This document shows, one piece after another, positions 46,379-58,008 of a DNA stretch of 64,000 bases. The translations under genes were made by a program, and so were the position numbers. Source of the stretch: a plasmid; sequence record NZ_CP014093.1, one strand, 5' to 3'. The notes beneath the pieces were generated by a model. The model did no database searches, was not told where the DNA came from, and worked only from the letters and a program-made list of their open reading frames with translations. Numbering within the stretch: position 1 is the first letter of the stretch; every line of letters starts with the position of its first letter.

Positions 46379-47438
46379 TGTGCATCTCCTTGTGTCTTAT
46401 TGAGATTAAGTAAAGGTAAGATATTGTTTGCTCGCTCATCAATGATAATTTTGGCCCGAATATTCGGTAATACAGCTTGCATGGTTTCTAAGTAGATTCT
46501 TCGTTTGGTCACTTCTGGAGCTTTAACGTACTCAAACAATAGTGCATTAAATCGCGCTGTATCCCCCTCGGCTTCATTCACTCTTTTTAAACGATAACCA
46601 TCAGCCTCTCTGATCCTTTGATCTTTTTCTCCTAAAGCTAAAGGGATCACTTTGTTGTAATCTCGACGAGCTTCATTAATAAGCTTTTCTTTTTCCTGTT
46701 GGGCTTGGTTCACTTCGTTAAATGATGCCTGAACAGGTTGAGGAGGGTTGATGTTTTTCAATTGCACTTGGTCAATACTGATTCCTAAGGCATATTTCGT
46801 TGAGAGCGCCTGCATTTTTGAAAGCGCTTCATATTCAATTTCTTGTCGGCCTATTGTGATCACTTCATCCACAGTTCTATCCCCGACAACTTCACGCATT
46901 ACGGACTCAGAAACATATCGAAGCGTTTCACTAGGTTCCCGGACTTCGAACAAAAACTTAATAGGTTCAGAAATTCGATATTGAACCACCCACTCCACAA
47001 GGCAGCATTTAAATCACCAGTGACCATTTGTGTCTCTTGGCGACGATCGTTCACTCTGGGACTTTGGTGAGGATCATTAGCTCCTGGCGTCGTAAAACCA
47101 AACTCTTGTTTCAGCTGACGTTTAACTGGAACTATTTTTACCGTGTCAATACCAAGTGGAACCTTGATATGGAGCCCCGCAGGAACATTATTTACATACT
47201 TACCAAAGCGTTGTATGACAGCGACAGAATCACTTGGAACGGTATAAAATGTTGACCATAAAATGAGAACTAAAAATAAAATAATAAATGGAGAAAAAAA
47301 GCTCGACGGTCCGCCACCGATAAGAATTTTCTTGAAGTGCTGAAGAATAGTATGAAAAGCTTTTTTCAAATGTGGAGGATCTTGCTGACCTCCGCCCCAG
47401 GGGTTTCCTGAAGAATTGTTACTTGGGAGCATGAGCAT
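46375..47438 (-). CDS. hflK: HflK-like SPFH/band-7 protein, -1 frameshift at about 46960 (lost G)
   Basis: TGDLNAAL | VEWVVQYRISEP is restored by one G in TTGGTGGAG. ATGA overlap with hflC. Confidence 0.7.
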
Positions 47439-47848
47439 GCCCTCCGGCTATAGGTAAGGAATTTGACCTATGCAAAATTGAATGAGGTAGGTAGCGCTTA
47501 ATCAACTAGAGTAAATTGTGTGCAGTTTACGATTAGTTACTAAGTGTTGCCTTAGGATAGGGACGGTCTATTTAAACTTCTAATATAATCAGAAATTATT
47601 AGCTTGTATGATTTCTAACTATATCTCAGCTCTACAGTAACCCCTAATTACTAGGCTCTTTTTATCACTAGCGTTATGCGACGTGTAGTTATGTGAGAGC
47701 ATACATCTTTAACTATTAGTATAGGTTATTTATGTCCGCATAAGGACAGATTTGGTAGTTTTTCTACAACGGAACGAGCCTTGTAGAGAAGTATGAAACC
47801 AGAGGCGTAATAGAACATCTAGCCATTGTTGCTACCGGGGTCAGGTTT

Positions 47849-48043
47849 ATGATGAATGGAAGGTCAACTGAAAGAAAACGTAAAATCTGGCGCAAGTTAC
47901 ATTTAGTCGTAGACACCAGCACAAACGAAAGGGCACATGGAGATCCTCGCATTGCTAGAAGCTCTACGGTTCAAATAGGAAGTGGAAAAAGCGCTATGGT
48001 TATGGCAAGTGCTCACTCTCCGAAACAGCCATGTATCAAGTGA
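47849..48043 (+). pseudogene. IS5-family transposase fragment
   Basis: WRKLHLVVDTSTNERAHGDPR resembles the DDE region of IS5-family transposases. Confidence 0.4.
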
Positions 48044-48485
48044 AGTAGTTGCTGGGGGAGAAACTAAGCTCAAGAAACTTGCTCAAGTTGGTAAAACCTA
48101 GGCCATGATAAAAGTGCTCAACAACCCCGCCTCTCTTACGTAACTTTATGTTCAACACCAGTGTAACACTTAAGACATCAATACTAAAAGAGGTAAGAGA
48201 GGTCGTAATTCTTAGTAGAAAAAGTTTGGGTAAATTTGATATAGAGTAGACGAAACTATTTCAAATGGTTAATTTTTATTAATATATCGTTCAGCATTTG
48301 AAAATAATTTATCGCATAACTTATTTTGAACCATATATTCTTTTGAACCTACTTCCATAGATTCTAGAGTTTCTTTAGCTTCTTGATATTCTTTTACCAT
48401 CATAGAAAATCGTTCTTCGAAGTTGTTTTTCTGCGTTTTTTTTATCGATTTCTTTCTTACTGGTTTTCTCATATAACTACTTACC

Positions 48486-48713
48486 TTATAAATCCCAAAG
48501 TTTTTTTTCTTCTCGTTCTAACAATATATCTTCAATTTTTTTTCTAATTTTATGAATACTATTATAATTATCATTTGTACTAGAGCTTTTATTTTTTACC
48601 ACTCTTGAGTTACTCTTAATCGATGGTTTTTTCAAAGGATAGCCTCCTTCTTTGATATGAGTACAAAAATGCCTCCGAAACCTCACGTATGAATCTTTGA
48701 TTTTCAAGTTCAC
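48486..48713 (-). CDS. small K/S-rich protein downstream of a csp gene
   Basis: KKPSIKSNSRVVKNKSSSTNDNYNS. Compare the K/S-rich peptide at 20408-20557, also 3' of a csp gene. Confidence 0.3.
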   Translation of the reverse strand: MNLKIKDSYVRFRRHFCTHIKEGGYPLKKPSIKSNSRVVKNKSSSTNDNYNSIHKIRKKIEDILLEREEKKLWDL

Positions 48714-48913
48714 AAAATGAAAATAGAGGTCAAAGAAGCTGGTATTTTACCTAGTAAGAACATGGTTTTTTAGTACATCATTTTTTACCTATTTTCTGGT
48801 AACAGACCAAGAAATACCAATATTATTTTAGATTATTTTTTAGAGTCATCGGGCTGATTATTAAAATTAAACAAAAAAGACCTCGACTAACGAAGAGATC
48901 TTTTAAATAATTC

Positions 48914-49126
48914 TTATACTAAAGTAACGTTGTCAGCTTGTGGGCCTTTGTTACCTTGTTCAACATTAAAAGAAACCTTTTGGCCTTCAGATAATGTTTT
49001 GAAACCTTCTTCAACAATTGATCTGAAATGAACGAATAGGTCAGTACCACCGTCATCTGGAGTGATGAATCCAAAACCTTTAGTTTCATTAAACCATTTT
49101 ACTGATCCAGTTGTTTTATTTGACAT
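48914..49126 (-). CDS. csp: cold-shock protein CspA family
   Basis: [34 protein letters not shown]. Confidence 0.9.
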   Translation of the reverse strand: MSNKTTGSVKWFNETKGFGFITPDDGGTDLFVHFRSIVEEGFKTLSEGQKVSFNVEQGNKGPQADNVTLV

Positions 49127-49686
49127 AATATATCTCGACACATTGAATTAATAAAAAAGAAAGCTACTAAATAAGGAATGAAGAAAAAGGTATCGCAGGA
49201 TAGATATGACGAACTTAATCGAATAAAAACTGAGAAGATCTTGAACTAAATGTATTATCAATAGCTCACTGTTTGAGCTTCAGATACTATACACTATGTG
49301 TAAATAATAGATATGCATTTCTTGATTAAAATTTTATTATCTATTAAATCAATCACTTACAGGTAGGGGCATAGTAAAAAAATGGTACGTCAGATTAAAA
49401 TCTACGGTATCATTAGAGTAATTATTGCAAACAGATATTCGATACAACAATGAAGCCTGTTTTTAACTTTGAAAGAGGCATAAACAAGTCAACACGATAA
49501 AGGAAAAGAGTTCGGATGAAAATAAGGAAGTGACAAAGGCCATAATTGACAGAACTGTTTTCAAAAAAAACCATAATCAGGAATAATAGAAGGAAAGTAA
49601 CAGCTAGCACCGTAGTGATCAACTAAACTGTAATAGTTCAGACATGATCTGACAGTTACCCACTTTTCGACTCAGTGCCTGTCAAA

Positions 49687-49865
49687 TTACGTCTGGGCTA
49701 GATTCTTTTCAGTCCAGATTGATTTCCCATCCTCTAATGTTTCTATTGGCATTCTGCCACAGCACATTTTTCCTTGATAAGTACGATGATTTTTGTAGTC
49801 CATCCATTCGTCCAGATCTTTTTGTAACTCCTCCATCGAACCATACAGTTTTTTCTGAACGTTAT
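49687..49865 (-). pseudogene. IS481-family transposase C-terminal fragment (3' exon context of the group II intron)
   Basis: DEWMDYKNHRTYQGKMCCGRMPIETLED resembles the C-terminus of IS481/IS3-type integrase cores. Confidence 0.4.
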
Positions 49866-52013
49866 TTGTCGGATAGGCGACACCTGTTACCAGATGCCGC
49901 CCTCCTAAGAACCGTACGTGCAACTTTCACTGCATACGGCTCAAGCCTCCACTAAGGCGTTATTGTAACCCAGCAACTCACAAAGCAGTGGCGACAGGGT
50001 CAAACCATGAGTTACGACCTGTGTTTTTCACCTTACGTTCATTGAGAAAACCTTCCCAAAAAGGATCGAACGGGTTCGCTTGACTCATGATTTTTACATG
50101 TCGCTTAATTGGCATCTGACCGATTTGAAACAGTCGGATCACGCCATACAGTCCATCCTTTTTAAACCAGCCATGGAAAATCCATTGCCCTTGATAGTTT
50201 AGAAAGTACTTATGTGCGATCCATTTGCGCCCCTTGTTTGGGTGACGCCTGACTGACCATCGCCATAACGCTAGAAACATCTGGTGGCCAACATAGCCGA
50301 AGGTTTGTTTAGCAACACAATGGCGATAGTAATTCGCCCATCCTCGTAGTTTCGGATTCATCATCTTGATGAGATCGGCTACTGGGATTGTTGCGTGTTT
50401 TCTAATGAGGTCACGCATGTTTCGTAAGAATGATAATACGTTGGACTTGCTCGGTTTAATGAGCAATTTCCCTTTGTACTTTCTGGCGTTAAAACCAAGA
50501 AAGTCAAAGCCATCATTGATATGAGTCACATGCGTTTTCTCTTCAGAAAGCGTTAAGCCTCTTTCTTGTAAGAAAGCCATCAGTTGCGGCTTAATGTCAT
50601 TCATAAGGGCTTCCTTTGAAGATCCTGTGATAACAAAGTCGTCAGCATAACCTATAAAGTTTACTCTGCTGCCTGTTTTGCGAGCGATAGACTTAGTTAA
50701 CTTTTCTAGTCCGACAAGAGTAAGCAACATCAGGGTGGGTGAAATTATCCCGCCTTGTGGTGTTCCCTCTGCCGTTTTGTAGAACAGCCCCTTGTCTATA
50801 TAGCCACATCCCAGCCATTGCTTGAGCATCCTTTTGTCTGTCGGGATATTATCCAAGTAGCCACTGGTGACCTATCTTGTCAAAACAAGCTTTGATATCC
50901 CCTCAAGAACCCATTGTGCTGCTCCCTTTTTGCATAGGCATTTGAAGCACTGCTGTATTGCATCGGCTGCGCTTCGATTGGGTCTAAAACCATAGCTGTT
51001 AGGGTCGGCAATTGTTTCAGATATAGGTTCTAGTGCTAGAAGATGTAACGCTTGTTGCGCTCGGTCTATCATACACGGGATACCTAATGGTCTAAGCTTG
51101 CCGTTTTTCTTTGGGATATAGATTCTTCTGAGCGGTTTGGCCCGATAGCCTTTTCTGCTCAGTAAACTGACTGCCGCCATTCGACGTGCATCGGTGTTCC
51201 AGGTGTCGCCGTCAATTCCTGGCGTTTTACTGCCTTTGTTTTGTGATACTCGACGAACAGCGAGAAGCTTTGCTGTTTTCGAGTGAGTCAGTATCCACTG
51301 TAGTGCTTTCGCCTTACCGTGTTTACCTTCTCGGATTGCTTTTGCAATGCGCATCTGGATGCCTTAACACATGGCGCTCAACCGCTTTCCAGTCGATGGA
51401 TTGCCATTGGGCGCTGCCAGAAGGGGCACTCACTTCATGAGAAGAGATCATCTGCGTTCCTTCTTAAATAAAGTTTTCCAAATCATCTTGCAATGGGAGA
51501 CCAGTTGGAAGTGGGCACACTTTCGTGTCAGACATCCGTCTGTATCTGCAGCATTCGCTTTTTCCAACCTCCGTTACCAGCACCGCTATCGGCTCTCTTC
51601 ACAGACAGCTTTCCCGAAGGAACGATACTGGCTTACCGTGTTCCGCATGTCGCGCAATATCAGGGTAGATGTCCACTATAATGCGGGGAGCCTGTCGATC
51701 ACGAAAGAGCACTGTCCAACCTCTTTCCTACTCCCTTAGCCGTTTGGCTACAGCGTATTAACCACTTCCGCTGCTTCACGCATAACGCACCTTACATGGA
51801 TTCACTTTCATTCATCATACTGATTCTCTAGCACTCACCCAATTCGTGGTTATCAGGAGGAGCATCCCCTCACGGTTTTGCTCCCGTTTGGCACAATTCC
51901 AAACTTCGTTACATTGTCAGGCTCGCTGCTTTATTCAGAGCCTTAGGGTCGTCTGGTGATACAAACGGTTCACTCTTATCGCGGTGAACAGAGCTTCATG
52001 CGACTTCACGTCG
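49866..52013 (-). mobile_element. bacterial group II intron with intron-encoded reverse transcriptase/maturase
   Basis: Domain V GAGCCGTATGCAGTGAAAGTTGCACGTACGGTTCT lies on the minus strand at about 49905-49940. A GTGCGAC 5' consensus lies at 52007-52013 (minus). Boundaries are approximate. Confidence 0.7.
49978..51354 (-). CDS. group II intron reverse transcriptase/maturase (frameshifted at 50856-50875)
   Basis: RT motifs include PKKNGKLRPLGIP, GYADDFVI (YADD) and a maturase X region. Split into ORFs 50872-51354 and 49978-50856, with the GDIKACFDKIGHQWLLG segment in a third frame. Confidence 0.8.
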
Positions 52014-52641
52014 CACGGACAGAAACGTGTCATGCGTTTCGCTAAATTAGCAGCACATAAATTACTTGAAGTATTGCGTATCTTGCAAACCTGTTAGCCC
52101 AATTACCTCATGCTCGACACTAACTCAATCATGAAACCACGCTAGATGCTTGGTCACGCGACCGTTTAATCAAAACAACATCTCTAGATGTTCGATTATT
52201 GATAGCTGATAATCTATTAAAAACCTCTAGATGCGGATGGGTATGACTCAATAAACGAGGTGCGATCATCATACACAACTAACTCCGTCCCCCTAAATAG
52301 GTGTCCGCTGTTGGCAACACCTATTTTTTTCAACGTCAGAGCACCCGCCGAAAATAACTAAAGTTGTACGCGAAGATTTATATTAAAAATAGTGTACCTA
52401 AGCCTAAAATTCGACGAAACCAACCACATCCGTTACTGTAGTCAATATGACAGAAACTGATAATGCAGGGTCGATTTTTAGCGTATCTCAAATAACAGGG
52501 ATAAAGATACCAGCGAGTGAAGCACTTATTATGTTTGTCACAATGGCCATCCTATGACGCTCCCCAACGTCATACTGTCAAACCAAAGACCCGTGATAAC
52601 GCCAGTGACAATAGCCCAGAGTACATCATTCAGCACTCCCT

Positions 52642-53124
52642 TTAAACTCGTTTGTATATTGCTCTAACCATGAACTCTTTGTCTTCAAAGCTCTGCTCAA
52701 CTACAAAGCCCAAACTTAAATATAATTTTTTCGCTCTCGGGTTATTTCTTTCAACTTCAAGTCGTAAGCACTTGTTTTCACTTTTTGAATGATTAATAAG
52801 ATGCCGAAGTATCAAACTTCCCAATCCTATGCCTTGATACTCTGGCAGTAATTGTATACCACCTAGGAACAACTCGTTTTCTTCTTCGACCAAACGGAGT
52901 CGGCCGACGCTCTCACCAAGGTATTCTATTATGTAAGTTTTGCTGTTAGGAATAAGTCCATTTATTTCATTTAACACTCTGTTTCTTAACCTATTCATTG
53001 CTTCAAGGCTATCATCACCTTTACTTGAGGCAGACAAGGCATTGACTAGCGCTTGCACATCTTTTCGCTCTGCAATTCTTAAAGAAAACTCTTTCATTTT
53101 CGCATTCCTATCAGCAAGTAACAT
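52642..53124 (-). CDS. GNAT-family N-acetyltransferase
   Basis: LLPEYQGIGLGSLILRHLI and KKLYLSLGFV motifs. Confidence 0.7.
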   Translation of the reverse strand: MLLADRNAKMKEFSLRIAERKDVQALVNALSASSKGDDSLEAMNRLRNRVLNEINGLIPNSKTYIIEYLGESVGRLRLVEEENELFLGGIQLLPEYQGIGLGSLILRHLINHSKSENKCLRLEVERNNPRAKKLYLSLGFVVEQSFEDKEFMVRAIYKRV

Positions 53125-53527
53125 TATCTCAGGGAGAATACCGACATTTGTAGGAAGTTCAACCAGCTAATCACAGATGAAGACAGTAGAGGAGTGATAT
53201 AACGCTTATTAGCCGCCTAACTGTGGTTTCACCTCCTTAAAATGCAGTTTTTCTCATTTGGTTTAATTAATAGTCAATAGGTTAAGTCAGGTGAACGAAC
53301 ATTAGTTTGCAAGATAGGCTTAATCAGGGGATGTTAATTTATCAGCTCGTTCGGATAATTTTTGGTAGGGGAAACGCACGTTAACAAGCATGTTATGAGC
53401 TTTTACTCTAAGAAGCTTTGGGGCAAAGGTGTGTTTGCGAAGCTCTGCACCCGTACGTCTTTGGACTGAACCTTGTCAGGTATATTACTAAAGTAGGATA
53501 TAGCTGATTGGCTGAAACATGGAAAAG

Positions 53528-53648
53528 TAACGCCACATTAAGGTGTGAGCAACGCAATACCGATGCCGCCGCATACCACCTTAAAAACTAAAACCAACGC
53601 ATAGTGAAAATGCCACGCGTTGCAAATCACTCTTGAACAGTTTATTAG
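53528..53648 (+). repeat. attC site
   Basis: TAACGCCACATTAAGGTGTGAGCAACGCAATACCGATGCCGCCGCATACCACC...AATGCCACGCGTTGCAAATCACTCTTGAACAGTTTATTA. Confidence 0.65.
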
Positions 53649-54052
53649 TTGCAATTTTTACCCACTTCAGCTGAACAAGTGATATCGATCGTAGGGCTCA
53701 ACATAAGACAAACATGACAATGCTTTTCCACCGCTTCTTGAGCTGCTCGCAAAATGTCAGACTCCTTAAAACCACTGCCATTTACTGTAAAGTGTAAGTT
53801 TGCCGATTTATATAAACGAGGTTCTGATTCCGTTAGGGCGAAAGTAACCGTATTTTCTAGGCCTTTAACTTCAAAACCTTGATCTTGCAGTAACAAGACG
53901 ACATCCGTAGCACTGCATGAACCTAAAGCCGACAATAGAACTTCCGTTGGGCAAGGGGCTTTCTCAGTTGTAGCGTCAACATTAAACGTAAATCCGTCTT
54001 CAGTTGACACTTTAAAACGACAATCACCATCCCACTTTACATTAATACTCAT
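53645..54052 (-). CDS. OsmC/Ohr-family protein
   Basis: 135 aa with two conserved Cys (GSCSATDVVL, HCHVCLML) typical of OsmC. Confidence 0.6.
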   Translation of the reverse strand: MSINVKWDGDCRFKVSTEDGFTFNVDATTEKAPCPTEVLLSALGSCSATDVVLLLQDQGFEVKGLENTVTFALTESEPRLYKSANLHFTVNGSGFKESDILRAAQEAVEKHCHVCLMLSPTIDITCSAEVGKNCN

Positions 54053-54091
54053 ACTTCCCTACTTTTTGATGTCACTATTGTTGATTGCACT

Positions 54092-54212
54092 TAACGCCCA
54101 ATTAAGGTGTAAAGTACGCGACCACGGTACTTCATTTTACCACCGTAAACACTTAGCTAAACCCAAACCAAAAATGCCAAGCGTGCTGAATCACTCTTAA
54201 ATTGTTTGTTAG
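54092..54212 (+). repeat. attC site
   Basis: TAACGCCCAATTAAGGTG...AAAAATGCCAAGCGTGCTGAATCACTCTTAAATTGTTTGTTA. Confidence 0.65.
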
Positions 54213-54299
54213 TTTGCGTGCCAAAGTGACACAGAGATTGCTTATTGCACGCTTTAAGACCATAATACACATGTGACATTTTGACACAATAGGAGATAA

Positions 54300-54575
54300 C
54301 ATTATGGCTACTACTTTGCCTCGCATCACCGCTAGAGTTGATGTCGATACACAAGACTTACTGACTAAGGCTGCCGCGATAGCCGCATGTCTAGCATCAA
54401 CTCGTTTGTTCTAAGCGCTGCAATCGAAAAAGCTAAACAAGTCATCGAACGTGAGCAGGCTTTTAAACTGAGCCAAGCAGATGCGATGTTGCTCATGGAA
54501 GCTTTAGACCGTCCTGAAACACAGAACTCAAAACTAAAAGCTGCTGCTGATCGATACGAGAGCAAGATTCAATGA
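54300..54575 (+). CDS. DUF1778 (TacA-like RHH) antitoxin, -1 frameshift at about 54388 (lost G in CCGG)
   Basis: MATTLPRITARVDVDTQDLLTKAAAIA | MSSINSFVLSAAIEKAKQVIEREQAFKLS. Confidence 0.7.
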
Positions 54576-55069
54576 TGAATACGGTACTTCTAGATAAAGC
54601 TAAACACGATAGAAACCGATTCAACTGTGGCATCGAAGCTCTCAATAATTACTTAAAAGTAATGGCGAGTCAGCAAGCAAAGAAGGACAACACCAGAACG
54701 TTTGTTTTGGAAGATGATAACGACAACTCACATGTCATAGGCTTTTACACGCTTACAATGACGCCAATTGAATTAAAGGCATTGCCCGATAAGTTACAAA
54801 AAAAGCACCAATCATCCACCTCTGGTGGTCTGATTGCCCGTCTTGCTGTCGATGACCGATACAAAGGGAAAGGCTTTGGGGAGTGGCTGCTTATCGACGC
54901 ACTCAGAAAGCTATTAGCCGCTAGTGATAGCGTTGCATTTCCAGTTGTTATCGTTGATGCCAAAGATGGAGCAAAACATTTCTATGAACGCTATGGTTTT
55001 CAAGCATTTCAAGATGCTGAAAACAAACTCTTCATCACCATTGCAGATGTGAGAGCAAGCTTAGGCTAG
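54572..55069 (+). CDS. GNAT-family acetyltransferase toxin (TacT/KacT-like partner of DUF1778)
   Basis: ATGA overlap with the antitoxin. GNAT motif LAVDDRYKGKGFGEWLLIDAL. Confidence 0.7.
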   Translation: MMNTVLLDKAKHDRNRFNCGIEALNNYLKVMASQQAKKDNTRTFVLEDDNDNSHVIGFYTLTMTPIELKALPDKLQKKHQSSTSGGLIARLAVDDRYKGKGFGEWLLIDALRKLLAASDSVAFPVVIVDAKDGAKHFYERYGFQAFQDAENKLFITIADVRASLG

Positions 55070-55092
55070 TTAACCGCTAGCCTTTAGCAAAC

Positions 55093-55213
55093 TAACGCCG
55101 CATTAAGTGGTGAACAACGCCACCACCAGACCTAAAGCATTGTGCCATAAATACTAAACTCACTTGAAGTGAAGGCGCCGAGCGTTGTGAATCACTCTTA
55201 AGTTTATTGTTAT
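55093..55213 (+). repeat. attC site
   Basis: TAACGCCGCATTAAGTGGTGAACAACGCC...GTTGTGAATCACTCTTAAGTTTATTGTTA. Confidence 0.65.
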
Positions 55214-55221
55214 ATGCAATT

Positions 55222-55720
55222 TCACACGCCTAGCTTTTCAGTTAGTTCGGCGAAAGCTATTTCAATACTTTTACCTGTCGTGTCTATTTTGATTACATCG
55301 GCTTTCCAAGCTTCATAATGACGGTTCTGCACTTGTTTCCAGTCAGGTAATTTTAGGTTTGTTACTTCACTTCTACGAGTGATGACTCTTTGTTCGTGTT
55401 CACTGCTATCTGAGCAACTAATTTCAATATTGATGAATTTAGCCCCACACTTTCTGCGACTTCCTGCCATTCGCGTCGCGTAAGCTCGATAGGATTACAA
55501 GAGTCTGAGATACAGCTAATCCCAAGCTCTAAATTGTCTCTGATTATACGATAGCTTAAACGATACCCTTCACCTTCAACTTTGAAGTTACAAAGATCTC
55601 GAAGCCCTTGCTCTACTGTATCAATGCGAACATACGTAGCACCCACTTTAGCCGCCAACAGCTTAGCAAGAGTCGATTTACCTGAAGCTGGGAGACCCGA
55701 AAATATGTATAAAATAGGAT
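55222..55720 (-). CDS. P-loop kinase (AAA/zeta-toxin-like fold), -1 frameshift at about 55440
   Basis: Walker A IFSGLPASGKSTLAKLL. Start taken at MYIFSG. ORFs 55362-55778 and 55222-55470 overlap out of frame. Confidence 0.5.
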
Positions 55721-55748
55721 AATTCAATTGACCTCCGTTCCTTGCATA

Positions 55749-55869
55749 TAACGCTCTGTTAAGGTGTGAGCAACGCAATACCGATGCCGCCGCATACCAC
55801 CCTAAACACTAAAACCAACGCATAGTAAAAATGCCACGCGTTACGAATCACTCTTAAACGCTTTGTATG
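55749..55869 (+). repeat. attC site
   Basis: TAACGCTCTGTTAAGGTGTGAGCAACGCAATACCGATGCC...ACGCGTTACGAATCACTCTTAAACGCTTTGTAT. Confidence 0.65.
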
Positions 55870-55870
55870 G

Positions 55871-56787
55871 ATAATAAGTACTCCAATCGGGTAAGGTGAG
55901 ACCCAGACTTTAGCTGCAACTAAAGTTCTTCTATCTGGTAGTTCGATTAAATGTTGGCTCCTCTATCGAGAGACCGGTAACAAGTACGAACGCCAGATAG
56001 AACTCCAAGCACCACACTCGAATAGTCTTCTGGGTCTCGAGCCCGCATTTGCAAGCAAGAGTTAGCTTATTATGAATACAAACACACTTCAAAACATTAA
56101 TGTCGGCGTTGATACTGGTAAGTCACAACTAGACATCTACATCCGCCCACTCGATATTCACTTCACTGTCCCGAACACAGAAAAAGGCATCAGCGATGCC
56201 ATAAAAACCATTAAGAAACACAAACCTCAACGTGTCGTCATCGAAGCTACAGGTCGATTAGAAATGCCTTTTATACTCGCCTGTGACAAAGCCAAATTAC
56301 CTTATGTTATTGCCAACCCACTACGTATTAAAAGGTTTGCTGGTGCCATTGGTCAACGAGCTAAGAACGACCGTTTAGATGCCGCTCTCATCGCACATTA
56401 TGCCGAACGTGTTCAGCCAGAACTGACCAAACTAAAAAGCGAAAACATACGTCTTATGAGTGACTTAGTCACAAGGCGTAACCAACTACTCACCATGCAA
56501 ACCATGGAAAGAAACCGACTACAAATATTACCTAAGAATATCTCGTCTACGATTACCCTATCCTTACCGCCTTGAAAAATCAGATGGAAAAAGTAGAAGC
56601 AAAGATAGCGAAGCTGATTGAGAGCTGTCCTGAGTATCAAGCCAAAAATACTATTCTCCAAAGCATGCCTGGTGTTGGCAAAGTCCTTGCTGCCTCCCTA
56701 ATTAGTAATGTACCCGAGCTGGGCTTTATCACTAACAAACAAGCTTCTTCTCTCATTGGTGTCGCACCCTTAGTATCAAGTTTGAAG
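55871..56787 (+). mobile_element. IS110-family IS, 5' part (transposase N-terminal DEDD domain, frameshifted at 56575), interrupted by IS30 copy 1
   Basis: ORFs 56072-56575 and 56572-56814: MNTNTLQNINVGVDTGKSQLDIYIRP...VVIEATGRLEMPF. The C-terminal HhH region ends at SLIGVAP, where the IS30 sequence begins. Confidence 0.65.
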
Positions 56788-57873
56788 TGCGACACTTTTT
56801 ACAGATGCGCATGAATATACTCCGTTGGTGTCCTATACCCAAGTCTTTTGCGTGGGCGCGTATTTAATTTGTGTGCAATTTCATTGCAGAGCTTCTGTGT
56901 CACGTGTGACATAGAAGTTCGTTTTGGTAAGTATTGTCGTATCAAGCCATTGGTGTTTTCATTAGTCCCTCGCTCCCATGAGTGGTATGGATTTGCAAAG
57001 TAAAACAGACAGTTATGGTGTTTCTCTAGTTGTGCGTAACCATGAAATTCAGTGCTATTATCCGCAGTTATCGTCTTAAAAGGTAAGTCAGAGCGGGTCA
57101 TGATTTTGCTCATTCTTACGTTGAGCGACTCGCTTGTTCTATCGTCCATTTGCCCAATAAAAGTGTAGCCAGTCATTCTGTCGACTAAAGTCACGATACA
57201 GTGCTTGGTTCCGCGGCCAACGACGGTATCAATTTCCCAGTGACCAGGCTCTTTTCGATGCTCAGCTTTTGCAGGTCTTTCGGTAATATGGCGCTTTGTT
57301 GCTAGCCGCCCTCGGCTGTCTTTTGAGTTATACCTTTTACGTCTTTTCTTGGTGGATTGTCGTAGGTGTTTCCATAGTGTTCCACCGAGAGTTTTGTCGT
57401 TCCAAACATGCTGATAAATGAGCTCGTGACTCATTGTTGGGTAGCCTCTTACGTTTAGGTATCCGACGATTTGGTCAGGGCTCCAATCCAGTCTTAACAA
57501 GGCTTCAGGTAACCTAAAGTCGATTTCGCTATAGCGCTTATTTCTGCGCGATCGGCTCAATCGGTTGCGAGCCATTTGTTGGGCTCTCCATGCCTGATAG
57601 GAGTACCTTTTAAAGTGTCTGTTATATCGGGAGTTGCGTTCAATTTCTCGATAGATAGTGGCTTTGTGACGACCCAGTTGTTTAGCTATTTTAGCGGTAC
57701 TAATTCCTTGCTTTCTGAGTGCAGAAATCATATACCTTTCGTTCTCAGTGAGGTGTGTGTATTTCATGTTTTTTACTTCTTGGCGGGAGCAAACTTCATG
57801 ATTATCGCATCTCACTGTTTTTATGTTCAGAGGTGTCGCACTTCGTACTTGAATCCAAGACACATAACAAACT
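56788..57873 (-). mobile_element. IS30-family IS, copy 1 (transposase 56799-57767 minus)
   Basis: Transposase [45 protein letters not shown]...DDE. Imperfect terminal IRs GAGGTGTCGCACTTCGTACTTGAATCCAAGACACATAAC and CTTAGTATCAAGTTTGAAGTGCGACAC. The nucleotide sequence matches copy 2. Confidence 0.8.
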
Positions 57874-57985
57874 GTTTAACAGTGATTCGCAACGCGTGGC
57901 ATTTTTACTGTGCGTTGCTTTTAGTGTTTAAGGTGGTATGCGGAAGCATCGGTATTGCGTTGCTCACACCTTAACAGGGCGTTGT
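57865..57985 (-). repeat. attC site in inverted orientation
   Basis: Reverse complement of the family consensus (TAACAAACTGTTTAACAGTGATTCGCAACGCGTGGCATTTTTAC...CCTTAACAGGGCGTTG). The IS30 left IR overlaps its GTTAT core. Confidence 0.65.
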
Positions 57986-58008
57986 ACACAATTATTGGAG
58001 TATGGAAT

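Noticed and set aside
42414-47255. Short ORFs antisense to acnA, nhaA, hflC and hflK
   Set aside because: All overlap strongly supported housekeeping-type genes on the other strand.
52291-52335. Plus-strand terminator near the group II intron 5' end, considered as a class-C intron terminator target
   Set aside because: The intron is on the minus strand, and its 5' end (about 52013) is roughly 280 bp away on the wrong side. The geometry does not fit class-C targeting.
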